Origin: Candidatus Ozemobacteraceae bacterium
Lineage (GTDB): Bacteria; Muiribacteriota; Ozemobacteria; Ozemobacterales; Ozemobacteraceae
Length of the DNA: 64,000 bases
Assembly (NCBI GenBank): GCA_965140445.1
Contig: OZ223236.1
Location: 3,424,001-3,488,000, forward strand
Reading direction: 5' to 3'
Of this stretch, positions 41,207-51,422 are shown piece by piece. The notes beneath the pieces were generated by a model. It searched no databases. It was given only the letters and a program-made list of their open reading frames with translations, and was not told the origin of the DNA. How positions within the stretch are numbered: the stretch's first letter is position 1; each line of letters starts with the position of its first letter. The translations under genes and the position numbers were made by a program.

Positions 41207-41911
41207 TTAATGGGAATGAAACTCAGTTATACCTAACCCCCAAGCAGAATAACTAGCTATGAGAATTATCAAAACAATCTCGATTAGATACAAATATTTT
41301 TTACTTTCCAATTTAAAAAAAATAAAGTTGGCGATTAATACAACGGCAATCCCCAAAATAAATGAAAGAAAATGGTGATTATGTCTAAGCTCAATATTTG
41401 TTCCTTCTAGCGACAAAACAATTCTGTAATTTTGAATAAAGATAAATCCATAAATCAGATTAAAAGCTATTTGATTTAAGAAGCTTTCTAATCTATCAAG
41501 CTTCAAAAAAGAATCTGGCTTTTTATTTATTAAATCCCCTTCTGGAGTTAAAATAAAACGTTCATTTTCCATCGTTGATGTTTGAAGTTGTTTATTCTTA
41601 CTAAAAAATCCACCATTTTGGTCCATGGGAAGATTATAATAAGAGCAGGAAGAACATTCACCACCAAAAGTTAAACTGAGGAATTTATTACAGTTGGTGC
41701 ATCGAGAGAAAATTAAAGCAAAAATATAACGGAAGCCAAAAGTAAATGCCATTAGATAAAAGGTAATGCCTACAAAAAAACCAAAGCTTTGCAAAACTTC
41801 TTTCTCTGTAGTGGAAAATAGAAAACCAATTAACACTAAGAAAAAATAAAATTCAAAAACCAACAAGAATGAGATTAGCCTAAAAATTCGTTTGGATTTT
41901 ACAAATTTCAA
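41207..41911 (-). CDS. Membrane protein with CxxC...CxxC
   Basis: Several TM segments; GAGG RBS. Confidence 0.65.
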   Translation of the reverse strand: MKFVKSKRIFRLISFLLVFEFYFFLVLIGFLFSTTEKEVLQSFGFFVGITFYLMAFTFGFRYIFALIFSRCTNCNKFLSLTFGGECSSCSYYNLPMDQNGGFFSKNKQLQTSTMENERFILTPEGDLINKKPDSFLKLDRLESFLNQIAFNLIYGFIFIQNYRIVLSLEGTNIELRHNHHFLSFILGIAVVLIANFIFFKLESKKYLYLIEIVLIILIASYSAWGLGITEFHSH

Positions 41912-42176
41912 AATTTCCTCAATACCTTTATTTCATTTTCGTCTCTAACGCTTGTCGTGACTGGACGCCGAGTGACGCCATCGGCAAACGAGGGAATCGA
42001 TGCTGGCAGAAAAGTTGTCGGTTTTTCGCAACTTTTGTCGCCAGCATCGACGTTCCGCGTCGACGCACTTGTTAGAGATGAACAATTTAAATTTTATAGA
42101 TTGCTGCATTTTTTCTAGGCATCTGCTAATTCTTCACAATTTTTATACACTGAACGCCAAAAAAAGGTGACCAAAA

Positions 42177-42992
42177 TCAATATCTCATTTTTAAATACTT
42201 TGTTACTGTGAATTTATTCATATAGGGTTTTAATTTAATTTTATTCATTAATTCCCAATAACAATTTTTAGCAAACAAATTATCTACACCATCAGGATAG
42301 GTATATTTGTAGCGTTTTAACTCATCATTTTCTATGTATTCTATTGATTGATTGAATTCGGGCTTCAAATACTCATAAATTCCCCATCTAATATTATTTA
42401 GAAATTCGCAAATTGCACTACCGTGATAATTAAGAATGTTTTCATGAAACCAAACAAAAAAATCCTCGAAAATTAACAAAGAGTTTTCAAAGGTTAAGTT
42501 GTGTCCATTTCTTTGAAAAATATTAATTAGCTCATTCACAACACCAGATAACCTTGTAAAATTGTGTTTTGAAAGGTTGCCACAGATTTTTATAAACTCA
42601 ATTCGTTTTATTGATAGGTCTGTCTCTAATTCGATTGAAGGCAACCAAACTTTTTTTACTAAAATGTCTTTATTTAACCATTCTTTAAAATTATCAACTG
42701 ACTTTGATAAGAAAGAAATTGAGTTTCCTTGATTGAAGGATGGATTTGTGCAAACATTGCTTAGCGCCCTCAAATATGGAATTTCTTCATTTAAAATCAT
42801 TTTATCTGTGCAGGATAAAAAATCAACCAACATAATATTAAAGAACTTTTGATGAATATCAGTTTTAAATATCAATTCAGACTCATCTGTTTTCCCGTGC
42901 AAGTCTAGTAAATTGAAGTTAACCATTTCATCAATGAAATTCATTGCAGCTAACAGATATATTATTTCTTTTTCAATTTTGTTTAGATTCAT
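42177..42992 (-). CDS. Hypothetical protein
   Basis: 271 aa ORF starting right after the cassette start. Confidence 0.7.
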   Translation of the reverse strand: MNLNKIEKEIIYLLAAMNFIDEMVNFNLLDLHGKTDESELIFKTDIHQKFFNIMLVDFLSCTDKMILNEEIPYLRALSNVCTNPSFNQGNSISFLSKSVDNFKEWLNKDILVKKVWLPSIELETDLSIKRIEFIKICGNLSKHNFTRLSGVVNELINIFQRNGHNLTFENSLLIFEDFFVWFHENILNYHGSAICEFLNNIRWGIYEYLKPEFNQSIEYIENDELKRYKYTYPDGVDNLFAKNCYWELMNKIKLKPYMNKFTVTKYLKMRY

Positions 42993-43298
42993 TTTTTATC
43001 TCTAACGCCAGTCGTGACCGGAAAAACGAGACGGGCGCGGGTGTTGCGTAAGCAAGACCCGTGATCCGGCCGATTTTTCCGCGTCGACGCACTTGTTAGA
43101 TGTGTTTTTTTTATCACAAACTCTAAATTTAAACATTTTATTGATCTGATTCATACTAATTTGAAATTTCCCCATTAATTTTAAATTCGGATACCATGAA
43201 ACAGCTCTCTAGAATCACAATGCCATAAAGATGGTCCAGATGCCTGCCTTATTTTTGGCAATTTTTATGAGCAAAGCTGAAAAGATTATTAAAAATGG

Positions 43299-43955
43299 TT
43301 ATGGTTCATTTCTTTTTAAATTCTGGAAATTTGAATTTTTGGAGTTTTCAAAGTGAAAATACGCTACCATTGAGATTAAAATTAAAAAAGATGTTTTAGA
43401 TACAAAAAACAGTGATCGTGAAACAAAAATAAAAATTCCTCTTAAAAATTTCTTTTTTTTACGAATGTATTTCTGACCCAAAAAAGACCTAAACATTCTT
43501 ATAAATCTTTGAGCATCACTTGGATACTGGTAAATAGGAATTTGCTTAACATCATTTAAAAGAACTGGCAATGAGTTGAAAAAAAGCTCATTTTTTTCAA
43601 GAGAAACAATTTCATTGTATGATAGTTGACTTGCTAACACCGGAAGAAAAATAAAAACAGCATAAAAAACAAAAAAAGGCTTAATAAAGTTAATACTAAC
43701 TTTTGTGTTAAATAGGGTTTTAATTCCCAGCGAGAAAAAGAGAATAAAGTGCAAAAATAAAATAAATAAAAAAATGGAACAAGTCCAAAATGGTAGGAAG
43801 GGGAAAATCATAGAGAAGACTTTAATTTGTGCAAAATAGTTAAATACTTTTATGACCAATAAAAGAAATAAGCTATAGATCAAGAATTGCAGAGCCTTGA
43901 TACAGTTTAGCGAAAAATGAGTTTTAAGTTCAAAAGCTTGGCTTTTTTTATTCAT
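43299..43955 (-). CDS. Membrane protein
   Basis: Phe/Leu-rich ORF with about 4 TM segments. Confidence 0.55.
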   Translation of the reverse strand: MNKKSQAFELKTHFSLNCIKALQFLIYSLFLLLVIKVFNYFAQIKVFSMIFPFLPFWTCSIFLFILFLHFILFFSLGIKTLFNTKVSINFIKPFFVFYAVFIFLPVLASQLSYNEIVSLEKNELFFNSLPVLLNDVKQIPIYQYPSDAQRFIRMFRSFLGQKYIRKKKKFLRGIFIFVSRSLFFVSKTSFLILISMVAYFHFENSKNSNFQNLKRNEP

Positions 43956-44242
43956 TTTTTTTAATAACTTTTGGTTGTTCTTTTTTCATTTGTATTATTA
44001 AAATCTAACGTCAGTCGTGACCGGAAAAACGAGACGGGCGCGGGTGTTGCGTAAGCAAGACCCGTGATCCGGCCCATTTTTCCGTGTCGACGCGATTGTT
44101 AGGCGATTGTCACTTTTTTCTTTTTTTTGCACATTTGATAAGGTCTTTATACGGTCTTGTGATTAGAAATCAATGGCAGAAATAGTCTTTGCGGTACGCG
44201 AAACAAAAAACTTGCATTTAAGCTTTATTATAGAAAACCATA

Positions 44243-45051
44243 CTATTGGGAAAACAAAAGTGCTTCTGCTTCAGCAGGAATGGTAATTCTGTTTTTGCGA
44301 TAATCATAATCAGAAGTAGTCATTCCTGTTTTTTCTATTTTCATTACAGTGCCATCTGGAGAAGGCATCAAAAAAATTACTTTTGAATTTTGAATAACTT
44401 TTATACGCCTGAAATCTGATTTTCCTAGCCAATTCTTTGATTTGTATTCTATAACCTTTACAGTTGGCTTTTGTGCTGGGTTATCCTTGAAACTACTCTC
44501 AATACCTTTGGACATTCTTTCCTGCGCAAGAGCCACAGCGGAATTATCCTTTGATTCTACGAGAATAGATTCTAAATCTCCAATTTCTTCCATTTTTGCA
44601 ATAATCCAGACTGGGGCATTTTTATCCGTTTCTGGAGCGGTTTCTTCACAAATAAAAAAATTTCCCATATCTTGGGCCATTTTTTCATAAGGACCAGCTG
44701 GAATCTGCCATGTTCCAGTACCGATCTTCATTGCCGCTTTTTTGCCATGCCTTATCATAGTTAAAAGTTGCCCATTATGATCAACGGTTTGTTTTGCTAG
44801 CATCTTTTCTTGCTCTATTTCAATTGTCATTGAGCTTATCTGGGCGGGCTGCTCGATTTTTTTTTCGCCAACAGTTATTGTGTTGTATGCCTCTGAAACA
44901 TCTATGCGTTTAATGTATTGTGCTGAAAAAATAAATTGATTTGCCTTGTTCAGCATTTCTCGCGGAGTCAGTTCAGCTTTTGCCTGTTGGGAAAAAAGAA
45001 TTAGCGCAGAGATGAAAAAATATACCAGACTTGCTTCATAAGCATCTCCAT
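44243..45051 (-). pseudogene. Copy 2 of 24700-25509 with a 1-nt deletion in the signal-peptide region
   Basis: GAGATAGAAAAAAT (copy 1) versus GAGATGAAAAAAT (about 45013); could be a sequencing error. Confidence 0.7.
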
Positions 45052-45262
45052 ATAAAATAAATAATGTACATCTTACCTGAAATTTCCTTGGCGAACCAAA
45101 TTTTCATTTAATTTATTGCCTAACGCCTGTCGTAACCGGAAATAAGAGACGGGCGCGGGTGTTGCGTAAGCAAGACCCGTGATCCGGCCGGTTTTTCCGC
45201 GTCTACGCATTTGTTAGAACATGGATTTAAGTTGATTTAAAAACCATTTATCTTACTTCATA

Positions 45263-46147
45263 TCAAAACAATGGATCAAAACCCATCTTCCAAGATGTTA
45301 ATGACAACAAGGCACTCAGATCATTATTCTTCACGCCTTCGATAAGATTTTTAACAAGTTGATAGCCAATATAAAATCTTGCACGATAGAGATGACTTTC
45401 CAAAACACTATTATCACAACAAATCTTTTCTGCAAAACTTTGGCCATAAAATCTGATAAGCCAAACCAAGTTATTGGCTGGATCGCCTAAAGAAGCATGC
45501 CCAAAATCAATAATTCCATTAATTGAACGCGAATCCGGGTCATACAGAATGTGAGGTGGAACAAGTTCCCCGTGGAGCAAACAAAGGTCGTATTTCAACA
45601 TATCTGAATTTTTTAGAAACGACGAGAAGTGGTTCTCAATCCATCTCTTAGCTCTTGTATACAGATGTGGAAAAAGGTATTTGCGAGCTTCGTCGATAGT
45701 GCTTTCTATCTCTTGAACTGTGGGTGGGGACACCTGAAGAAGTTGAAGATGTGAAAATTTTTGAACAGGAATCTTAGTTAGATCAAATAAAAATTCTTCC
45801 AATTTTTTGGCGGCATTTCCCACCAATATCTCATCATTGACAAAACTCTCTGGCTCCATAGCGATTCCAGGAATCATTTTACAGATTACAATGTCTTGAG
45901 CACGGGCAATAGCCTCAGGAATTTCAATACGAACGTATTCTCTAATCAATTCGCAGATAGTAACAGTTTTCTGTGGTGAATATTGCCACGCTTTCTTTGA
46001 GTAAAGAGCAATAAATTTGTTTTCTATGATAAGCGCGTCTGTATCTACCCCGGCATTACAGATTAATTTAGAGTTTTCGGTATTAAGTTCTGGTAAAAGT
46101 TGATTTACAAGGTTCCTCAGTTTTTCTTTATGAATTTGGGCAGACAC
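45263..46147 (-). CDS. Aminoglycoside phosphotransferase-like protein (copy 2)
   Basis: Same protein as 25721-26605. Confidence 0.8.
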   Translation of the reverse strand: MSAQIHKEKLRNLVNQLLPELNTENSKLICNAGVDTDALIIENKFIALYSKKAWQYSPQKTVTICELIREYVRIEIPEAIARAQDIVICKMIPGIAMEPESFVNDEILVGNAAKKLEEFLFDLTKIPVQKFSHLQLLQVSPPTVQEIESTIDEARKYLFPHLYTRAKRWIENHFSSFLKNSDMLKYDLCLLHGELVPPHILYDPDSRSINGIIDFGHASLGDPANNLVWLIRFYGQSFAEKICCDNSVLESHLYRARFYIGYQLVKNLIEGVKNNDLSALLSLTSWKMGFDPLF

Positions 46148-46302
46148 TTTTTTACTCCATGCTCTAACACCTGTCGTGACCGGAAAAACGAGACGGGCGT
46201 GGGTGTTGCGAAAGCAAGACCCGTGATCCGGCCGGTTTTTCCGCGTCGACGCACTTGTTAGGGCTTGAAATTATCAATTTTTCTATTTTTACTTTCTCCA
46301 GT

Positions 46303-46325
46303 GCCTCTCTTAAAAGAAGAGAGGC
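46303..46325 (-). terminator. Hairpin just downstream of the AadA-like gene
   Basis: GCCTCTCTT-aaaag-AAGAGAGGC, 9-bp stem; no clear U-tract. Confidence 0.45.
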
Positions 46326-46328
46326 TAC

Positions 46329-47072
46329 TTAAATATCTTTGAGGGCATTTATGATCCTAGATAACAATAAAGAAATTTCGTTTCCGGAAACTTTGCCTAC
46401 AGTTTGGCCATTGCGTGTTGCCAATGCTTTCCGGACAATTTCATTCTCAGGTTCTTTCTGAAGCATCCACTCTCCACCTCTTGTTTTTGAGAAGAATTGA
46501 CCGGTCTGGGCAAATGCAAAAACCCGGCATGCGTTGAGCACTGAGTTTTGCCCATCGGGATCGTGAAAAGGGTCGAGAATTTGGGTTTGGTGCCATTGCA
46601 GCATTTCAAGAAATGCGTTCACAAGCAGTCGTCTATCAATATGAGGGAAATATGTGCTAGGCTTATCGCCGAACAACGTTATGCCATGCCTTCTACTGAG
46701 TTCAATGAAAATAAGCATTTCTTTATTCTGTCCTTTTTCCCAACCCTCTTGTCGCCAACTTGCGCCGGTTGCAAACCAAAATTCGAAAATTGGTTCATCT
46801 AAGATGGTTGTTAAGGAATTTTTATGAAAGAGTACAATATCAAGTCCTTTTGCAGGGCATGGCAAATGCGAATGATCTATGCTTTTGGCCAGCGCTTCTC
46901 TTTGTTGATTTGAGATAGGTTGTGATAAAACTCCAACCATGTCGATATCACTCTTCCCTGTTTTGTAGTCTTCCAAGCATGCCGAGCCAATTTGGTAAAG
47001 CCCGATGATGTTGTTTCCAAGAACTTCTTTAAGGTTCAGTAACAACTTACGCGAATATTCTTTTTCTTCCAT
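46329..47072 (-). CDS. Aminoglycoside adenylyltransferase-like nucleotidyltransferase (DUF4111/AadA-like)
   Basis: GLYQIGSA...SDIDMV; VLNACR...SKTRGGEW; start trimmed to lie inside the cassette. Confidence 0.75.
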   Translation of the reverse strand: MEEKEYSRKLLLNLKEVLGNNIIGLYQIGSACLEDYKTGKSDIDMVGVLSQPISNQQREALAKSIDHSHLPCPAKGLDIVLFHKNSLTTILDEPIFEFWFATGASWRQEGWEKGQNKEMLIFIELSRRHGITLFGDKPSTYFPHIDRRLLVNAFLEMLQWHQTQILDPFHDPDGQNSVLNACRVFAFAQTGQFFSKTRGGEWMLQKEPENEIVRKALATRNGQTVGKVSGNEISLLLSRIINALKDI

Positions 47073-47354
47073 TTTTACTTCCAAGCATTGAAAAAATAGC
47101 TTAGTAATTCTATACTTTTGCCCTAACGTCAGTCGTGACCGGAAAAACGAGACGGGCGCGGGTGTTGCGCAAGCAAGACCCGTGATCCGGCCGATTTTTC
47201 CGCGTCGACGCATTTGTTATGCTTGCCTCTATATTATGATCTATCCTCACTTTTATCTTGTTATAGCACATATCTTGTGTTTACTGAAAACAAAAGACAT
47301 CTATTGTGACAATTATTCATTCGAAACAAGTAAAGTCAGGTAGCAGCAATGGTT

Positions 47355-47876
47355 CTAGCAATCAGATGTGAGGTTATCCTCTTTAATAATTGAGAAGAGA
47401 TCTCTAGTCCCAGTCCATTTGAATTTATGAGCTAGGCCAGCATCAGTTTTTACAAATACCTCCCTATTTGACTTAATAAAGGGGTAAAGATCGTCCATAA
47501 AAGCTTCTACATACATAATGTGCTCAATATTAGTATCAGGGAACTCCAAGCGCATCGTCTTAGCATCGTTAATTCTGGTAAAGCGAACTTCTTTGCTTGC
47601 CAACATTAGAAGTAAAGAAGTCCAAAGTATTTGATACCAGATATCGATCTCTAATTTAGACATAGCCTTTTTGTCGAGCATAAATCCCAGCTTGAGAATA
47701 TACCAAACAACAAAATTATTTCGCAAATTCTTATCAAGTGTTTTGAATTCTTGTATTGCACTGGCGATAAATGAAGGGCAAATAATGACTCGATTCCAAA
47801 AATAAAGAAATCGATAGTAAAAGCTAAACCTATAAACATTGCTGGTAATGCTATCAGGAAGACTTTTGATTTCCAT
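47355..47876 (-). CDS. Hypothetical protein
   Basis: ORF inside cassette. Confidence 0.55.
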   Translation of the reverse strand: MEIKSLPDSITSNVYRFSFYYRFLYFWNRVIICPSFIASAIQEFKTLDKNLRNNFVVWYILKLGFMLDKKAMSKLEIDIWYQILWTSLLLMLASKEVRFTRINDAKTMRLEFPDTNIEHIMYVEAFMDDLYPFIKSNREVFVKTDAGLAHKFKWTGTRDLFSIIKEDNLTSDC

Positions 47877-48051
47877 ATTTATCCGTTAATTAATCTTGCC
47901 AGTAATACTTGCGTGGTATTTGTTAGATTGTTGGTCTGCTTTTGCAAGCATAACGCTAGTCGTGACCGGAAATGAGAGACGGGCGTGGGACTTGCTTTGC
48001 AAGGCCCATGAACAGCGGCTATTTTCCGAGTCGACGCAATTGTTAGGCGTC

Positions 48052-48918
48052 TCATTTTGTATTTTTAAGTTTTTTGTATTTTGCATTTGCTTGCAAAAAA
48101 TTCTTATAAGCTTCCTGTGCTGGTCGAATTTTTAGAAGCTTAAAAGTTTCCTTATTATCTTCGCAATATTGAAAATTATCATAAAAATTTCCCCATATTA
48201 TTTCATTTACTATACCCATTAAATCAGCCAATTCGAAAGCATATGGTAACGATTCTAGCGTGGCTTCTTTGCTTGCAATTACCGCATGGGCATCAGAGTC
48301 GTCAAAATAAACAAACTCATGAATGACTTTTGTTGATATATGAGCATACTCATTGATATCACCGTAAAGTTTGCCAACATTCTCCTTTATGAATTTTAGA
48401 GAACGTATTGACGCGCTTGGTTGTATTTTAAAAAGCGATGCATCATTAATCTTGTATACAGTAATAGCCCATGCCAATTGCTCAAGAATTAATTTTAAGA
48501 TCGTAAATGCATCGTATTTTGCTCCTCTGGAGCAAAGTATTAAATAATTTTTCCATGAACTTTGTAACCGGAAAAAAGAAACTCCAGCAGCGACTAGTCC
48601 AATTGCGTCTGGAAGACCATTTAAGACGGATCTTTTGTTGAAAATATTCTCGATAACTTCATGAATTTCCTGGGATGTCTGCCAAAACAAAACATGTATT
48701 GGATCAATATTTTCTTCATCTTTACAAACCACATATTTCTTTTTTGCATAATCAATTGAAGATAAACCAAGATGATGGGCCAGTTTTGCAGCAGCTATAT
48801 TGTTTACTAATTCTTTCGAGGTATGCAGAGGAACAATTATTGAATCACTTCCTAGGCCAATAATTTTATGACCAAAACATAGAAAAGTATCATCAAAATC
48901 TCCCAAATTTTTTTTCAC
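48052..48918 (-). CDS. Hypothetical protein
   Basis: 288 aa ORF filling the cassette. Confidence 0.7.
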   Translation of the reverse strand: MKKNLGDFDDTFLCFGHKIIGLGSDSIIVPLHTSKELVNNIAAAKLAHHLGLSSIDYAKKKYVVCKDEENIDPIHVLFWQTSQEIHEVIENIFNKRSVLNGLPDAIGLVAAGVSFFRLQSSWKNYLILCSRGAKYDAFTILKLILEQLAWAITVYKINDASLFKIQPSASIRSLKFIKENVGKLYGDINEYAHISTKVIHEFVYFDDSDAHAVIASKEATLESLPYAFELADLMGIVNEIIWGNFYDNFQYCEDNKETFKLLKIRPAQEAYKNFLQANAKYKKLKNTK

Positions 48919-48952
48919 AACTTGTTAGTCCTTATTTGGTTTTCATTTTTTG

Positions 48953-49024
48953 GCCTAACGCCCGTTATACACAGCAAAGTGTAGCTCAGCAGAAATTTAT
49001 TCCGTGTATTTGCTCTTGTCAGGC
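48953..49024 (-). repeat. Degenerate foreign attC
   Basis: GCCTAAC..ATACAC...GTGTAT..GTCAGGC (GTT changed to GTC). Confidence 0.6.
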
Positions 49025-50317
49025 ATGCTCTTCGCCGACACCAAGCCCCCTTAATATTTCCCAAACAGGTAAAAAGCACCTCAAAGTATCGTACGAATAC
49101 TTCGGTAAATCGTCACCGTAAAATATTTCATCCATTTTTACCCTATAAATGTATTCAACATAATTGGAGTATATTTTTCGCAGTAGTCCTGTCTGATAAA
49201 TATCGAGATTATGAGTTAAAACAGAGTCAATCATGCTAGTTTTCACGCTGTACCAATCTGGAAGCGATATTTCAGATTGTATTTTTGAACCTTCAGTGTC
49301 AAAAAAACATTTATCGAATTCTTCCTTTACGAATTTTATGGCAAGCCCATGAAAATTAGACTCTAAACATTCAAGCCAGAAATCTCTTTCTGATCCATCT
49401 ATTTGATCATAAACCGACTGGATTTCAGATGCTCTACCTTCCTTTGTCTCACCGTATATATGGCCACCGTGGCATGAGCTTCTAAATGAAGCGAATGGAT
49501 TAATAAAAACTGCATAGATAACATTTGGATAAGGAAGAAGTTGGCCAATTTCGCCCCATTTCTGAGTCGCATACACAATAGAATGAAACCCTTCTGCCTC
49601 CAACCGATGAGAAATCGAATTTGAAATGGTATTCAAAGCATCTTTAGAGTAGTCGGGTATCATTTGATCATTCCCATTGTCAGTGTCAATCCAGCCTTTT
49701 AACTCTTGAAAAGCAATCGCCACGGTACACATTGATCTGTCGTCTAGGAGATTGTTTTCAAACCATTGATAATAAGATTCGTCTGGGTAGTACACCGTCA
49801 ACCTAATTTTTCCATTTTCTTCTGAGGGAATAAGAGCCGCCGAAGATTTGTTGTTTCCTAGCAGCTCTTGTACAAATGCATCCCGAACAGTCCTCGTTTC
49901 CATTGGTGCAATTAGAATAGTATTGATAGCTTGTTCGGTTAACCCAGGAAAGATAGAGCAAAAATGGTTTGCATAGGCTAAAAGCTCAGTGAAAGCCTGT
50001 CTTTCAGTTTGTTTCGATTTTTTTAGCTCTATTATTGCCAAACCGATACATTCTGAATTTCCCAATAGGTCTATACGCGTTGTTGTATCACCTGATTTCT
50101 CAAGTCTTAGCTCTCTGGCGGATAGAACTAAAGATTCTAGACCGTCGATTATTTCGTTGATCTTTGTCTCGGCTATTTGCTGCAACAGAATACTTATGGG
50201 AGGAAAATCGTCACTATTCCACTCAACAGGTTCACGTTTTCCGTAGACTAATTCAGAAATTGAATCTCGGTGATTTTCAAATAGAAAGTCTCTAAACTCA
50301 TTTTCACTTAATTTCAT
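49019..50317 (-). CDS. NucS/PD-(D/E)XK endonuclease-domain protein
   Basis: RE...RIDLLG...IIELKK...QAFTELLAY; start trimmed to MKLSENEF. Confidence 0.7.
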   Translation of the reverse strand: MKLSENEFRDFLFENHRDSISELVYGKREPVEWNSDDFPPISILLQQIAETKINEIIDGLESLVLSARELRLEKSGDTTTRIDLLGNSECIGLAIIELKKSKQTERQAFTELLAYANHFCSIFPGLTEQAINTILIAPMETRTVRDAFVQELLGNNKSSAALIPSEENGKIRLTVYYPDESYYQWFENNLLDDRSMCTVAIAFQELKGWIDTDNGNDQMIPDYSKDALNTISNSISHRLEAEGFHSIVYATQKWGEIGQLLPYPNVIYAVFINPFASFRSSCHGGHIYGETKEGRASEIQSVYDQIDGSERDFWLECLESNFHGLAIKFVKEEFDKCFFDTEGSKIQSEISLPDWYSVKTSMIDSVLTHNLDIYQTGLLRKIYSNYVEYIYRVKMDEIFYGDDLPKYSYDTLRCFLPVWEILRGLGVGEEHA

Positions 50318-50442
50318 GTGATTCCATTTCGATAAATTTATCAGTAAGCCTAACGTCGGTCGTGACCGGAAATGGCCAGATGGGCGTGGGACTTGCTTTG
50401 CAAGGCCCATGAACAGCGGCTATTTTCCGAGTCGACGCAATT

Positions 50443-50753
50443 GTTAAATTCGTATTTAGTTTAATATTAATTTAAATCCTCACATCAATTTGATTGTATC
50501 ATAAGCTTATAAAGCTATGACAGCCTCTGTTTAAGCTGCAACAAGCAAAGTTTCGCAATACCGAGCCAGGAAGCGTTGGCGCGGGCTTTGCTTCTCCCGA
50601 AAATCAGAAAAGCACGTGACAGAAGCGTTCTGGCACCCCGTTGGCTCATCAAACACAATTCTTATCCCAAATTAAATTACCCCTGCTTAACCGATCACAA
50701 TCAAATTCTCTCTCTCTAAATTCTTTATGTATCTATTTTTATAAGAATTTAAC
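50443..50753. ncRNA. Module C ORF-less cassette, diverged copy
   Basis: Same length and core GCCAGGAAGCGTTGGCGCGGGCTTTGCTTCTCCCG...AAAAGCACGTGAC; different termini. Confidence 0.5.
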
Positions 50754-50887
50754 GCTTGTCGTGACCGGACGCCGAATGACGCCATCGGCAAATGAGGGAA
50801 TCGGGACTGGCGAAAAAGTTGCAGAATTTTTTGCAACTTTTTTGATCAGGACCGACGTTCCGTGTCGACGCACTTGTTAGAGAAATT

Positions 50888-51343
50888 TCATTTTTCATTT
50901 TTCTTTTCAAAATATTCTTTATAATACTTTTTGAGTTTTTCATATTTATCTTTGGCAATAAATTCAATTGAATTTTCTGGTGGATTCAACTTTCCATTTA
51001 CCCGAATTTCTCCATACAAAATCCTTGTAATTAGATAGAAAACGTTTCCTCCAAGCATCCGTTCAACATTATAATCAATGTACATGAAGTTTTTTAATTC
51101 AGTGGTTTGAGTATTTTCGTTGGTTTCATTAACAATTGTAGTTGAAGCCGTAACATCAATAAAATATGTCATATTTGCTGATGTAGCGACATCATTGAAA
51201 TACTGTAAAAGCACTTTTTTATTTAAAATGTCAAAATGATTTGAATTTGAAGCAATTTGTGAAAAGACTGGTGAGTAAGCCTGGTTAATAAATAGGAAAA
51301 CAAAGAAAACTAAGTAAGGAAATTTCATTGTCGGAGTTTCCAT
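50888..51343 (-). CDS. Secreted hypothetical protein (copy 2)
   Basis: Differs from 28662-29117 by a K/E substitution. Confidence 0.7.
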   Translation of the reverse strand: METPTMKFPYLVFFVFLFINQAYSPVFSQIASNSNHFDILNKKVLLQYFNDVATSANMTYFIDVTASTTIVNETNENTQTTELKNFMYIDYNVERMLGGNVFYLITRILYGEIRVNGKLNPPENSIEFIAKDKYEKLKKYYKEYFEKKNEK

Positions 51344-51422
51344 TTTATTTCTCTAACGCCTGTCATGACCGGAAATGAGAGACGGGCACGGGTGTTGCGC
51401 AAGCAAGACCCGTGATCCGGCC

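Larger units (their letters stand above)
5041..43277. repeat. Module A: conserved non-coding element of about 185 bp abutting attC, 8 full copies
   Basis: Copies at 5041-5226, 17159-17345, 26715-26896, 33648-33834, 34394-34573, 36068-36256, 41006-41193, 43095-43277. Shared AAACATT..., TGG..C.GAAAAGCAC..CAGAATCACAATGGCATAAAAATTGTCC...GCAATTTTTATGAGCARAGC. Decayed copies at about 10565-10634, 19785-19872, 42071-42150. Confidence 0.9.
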
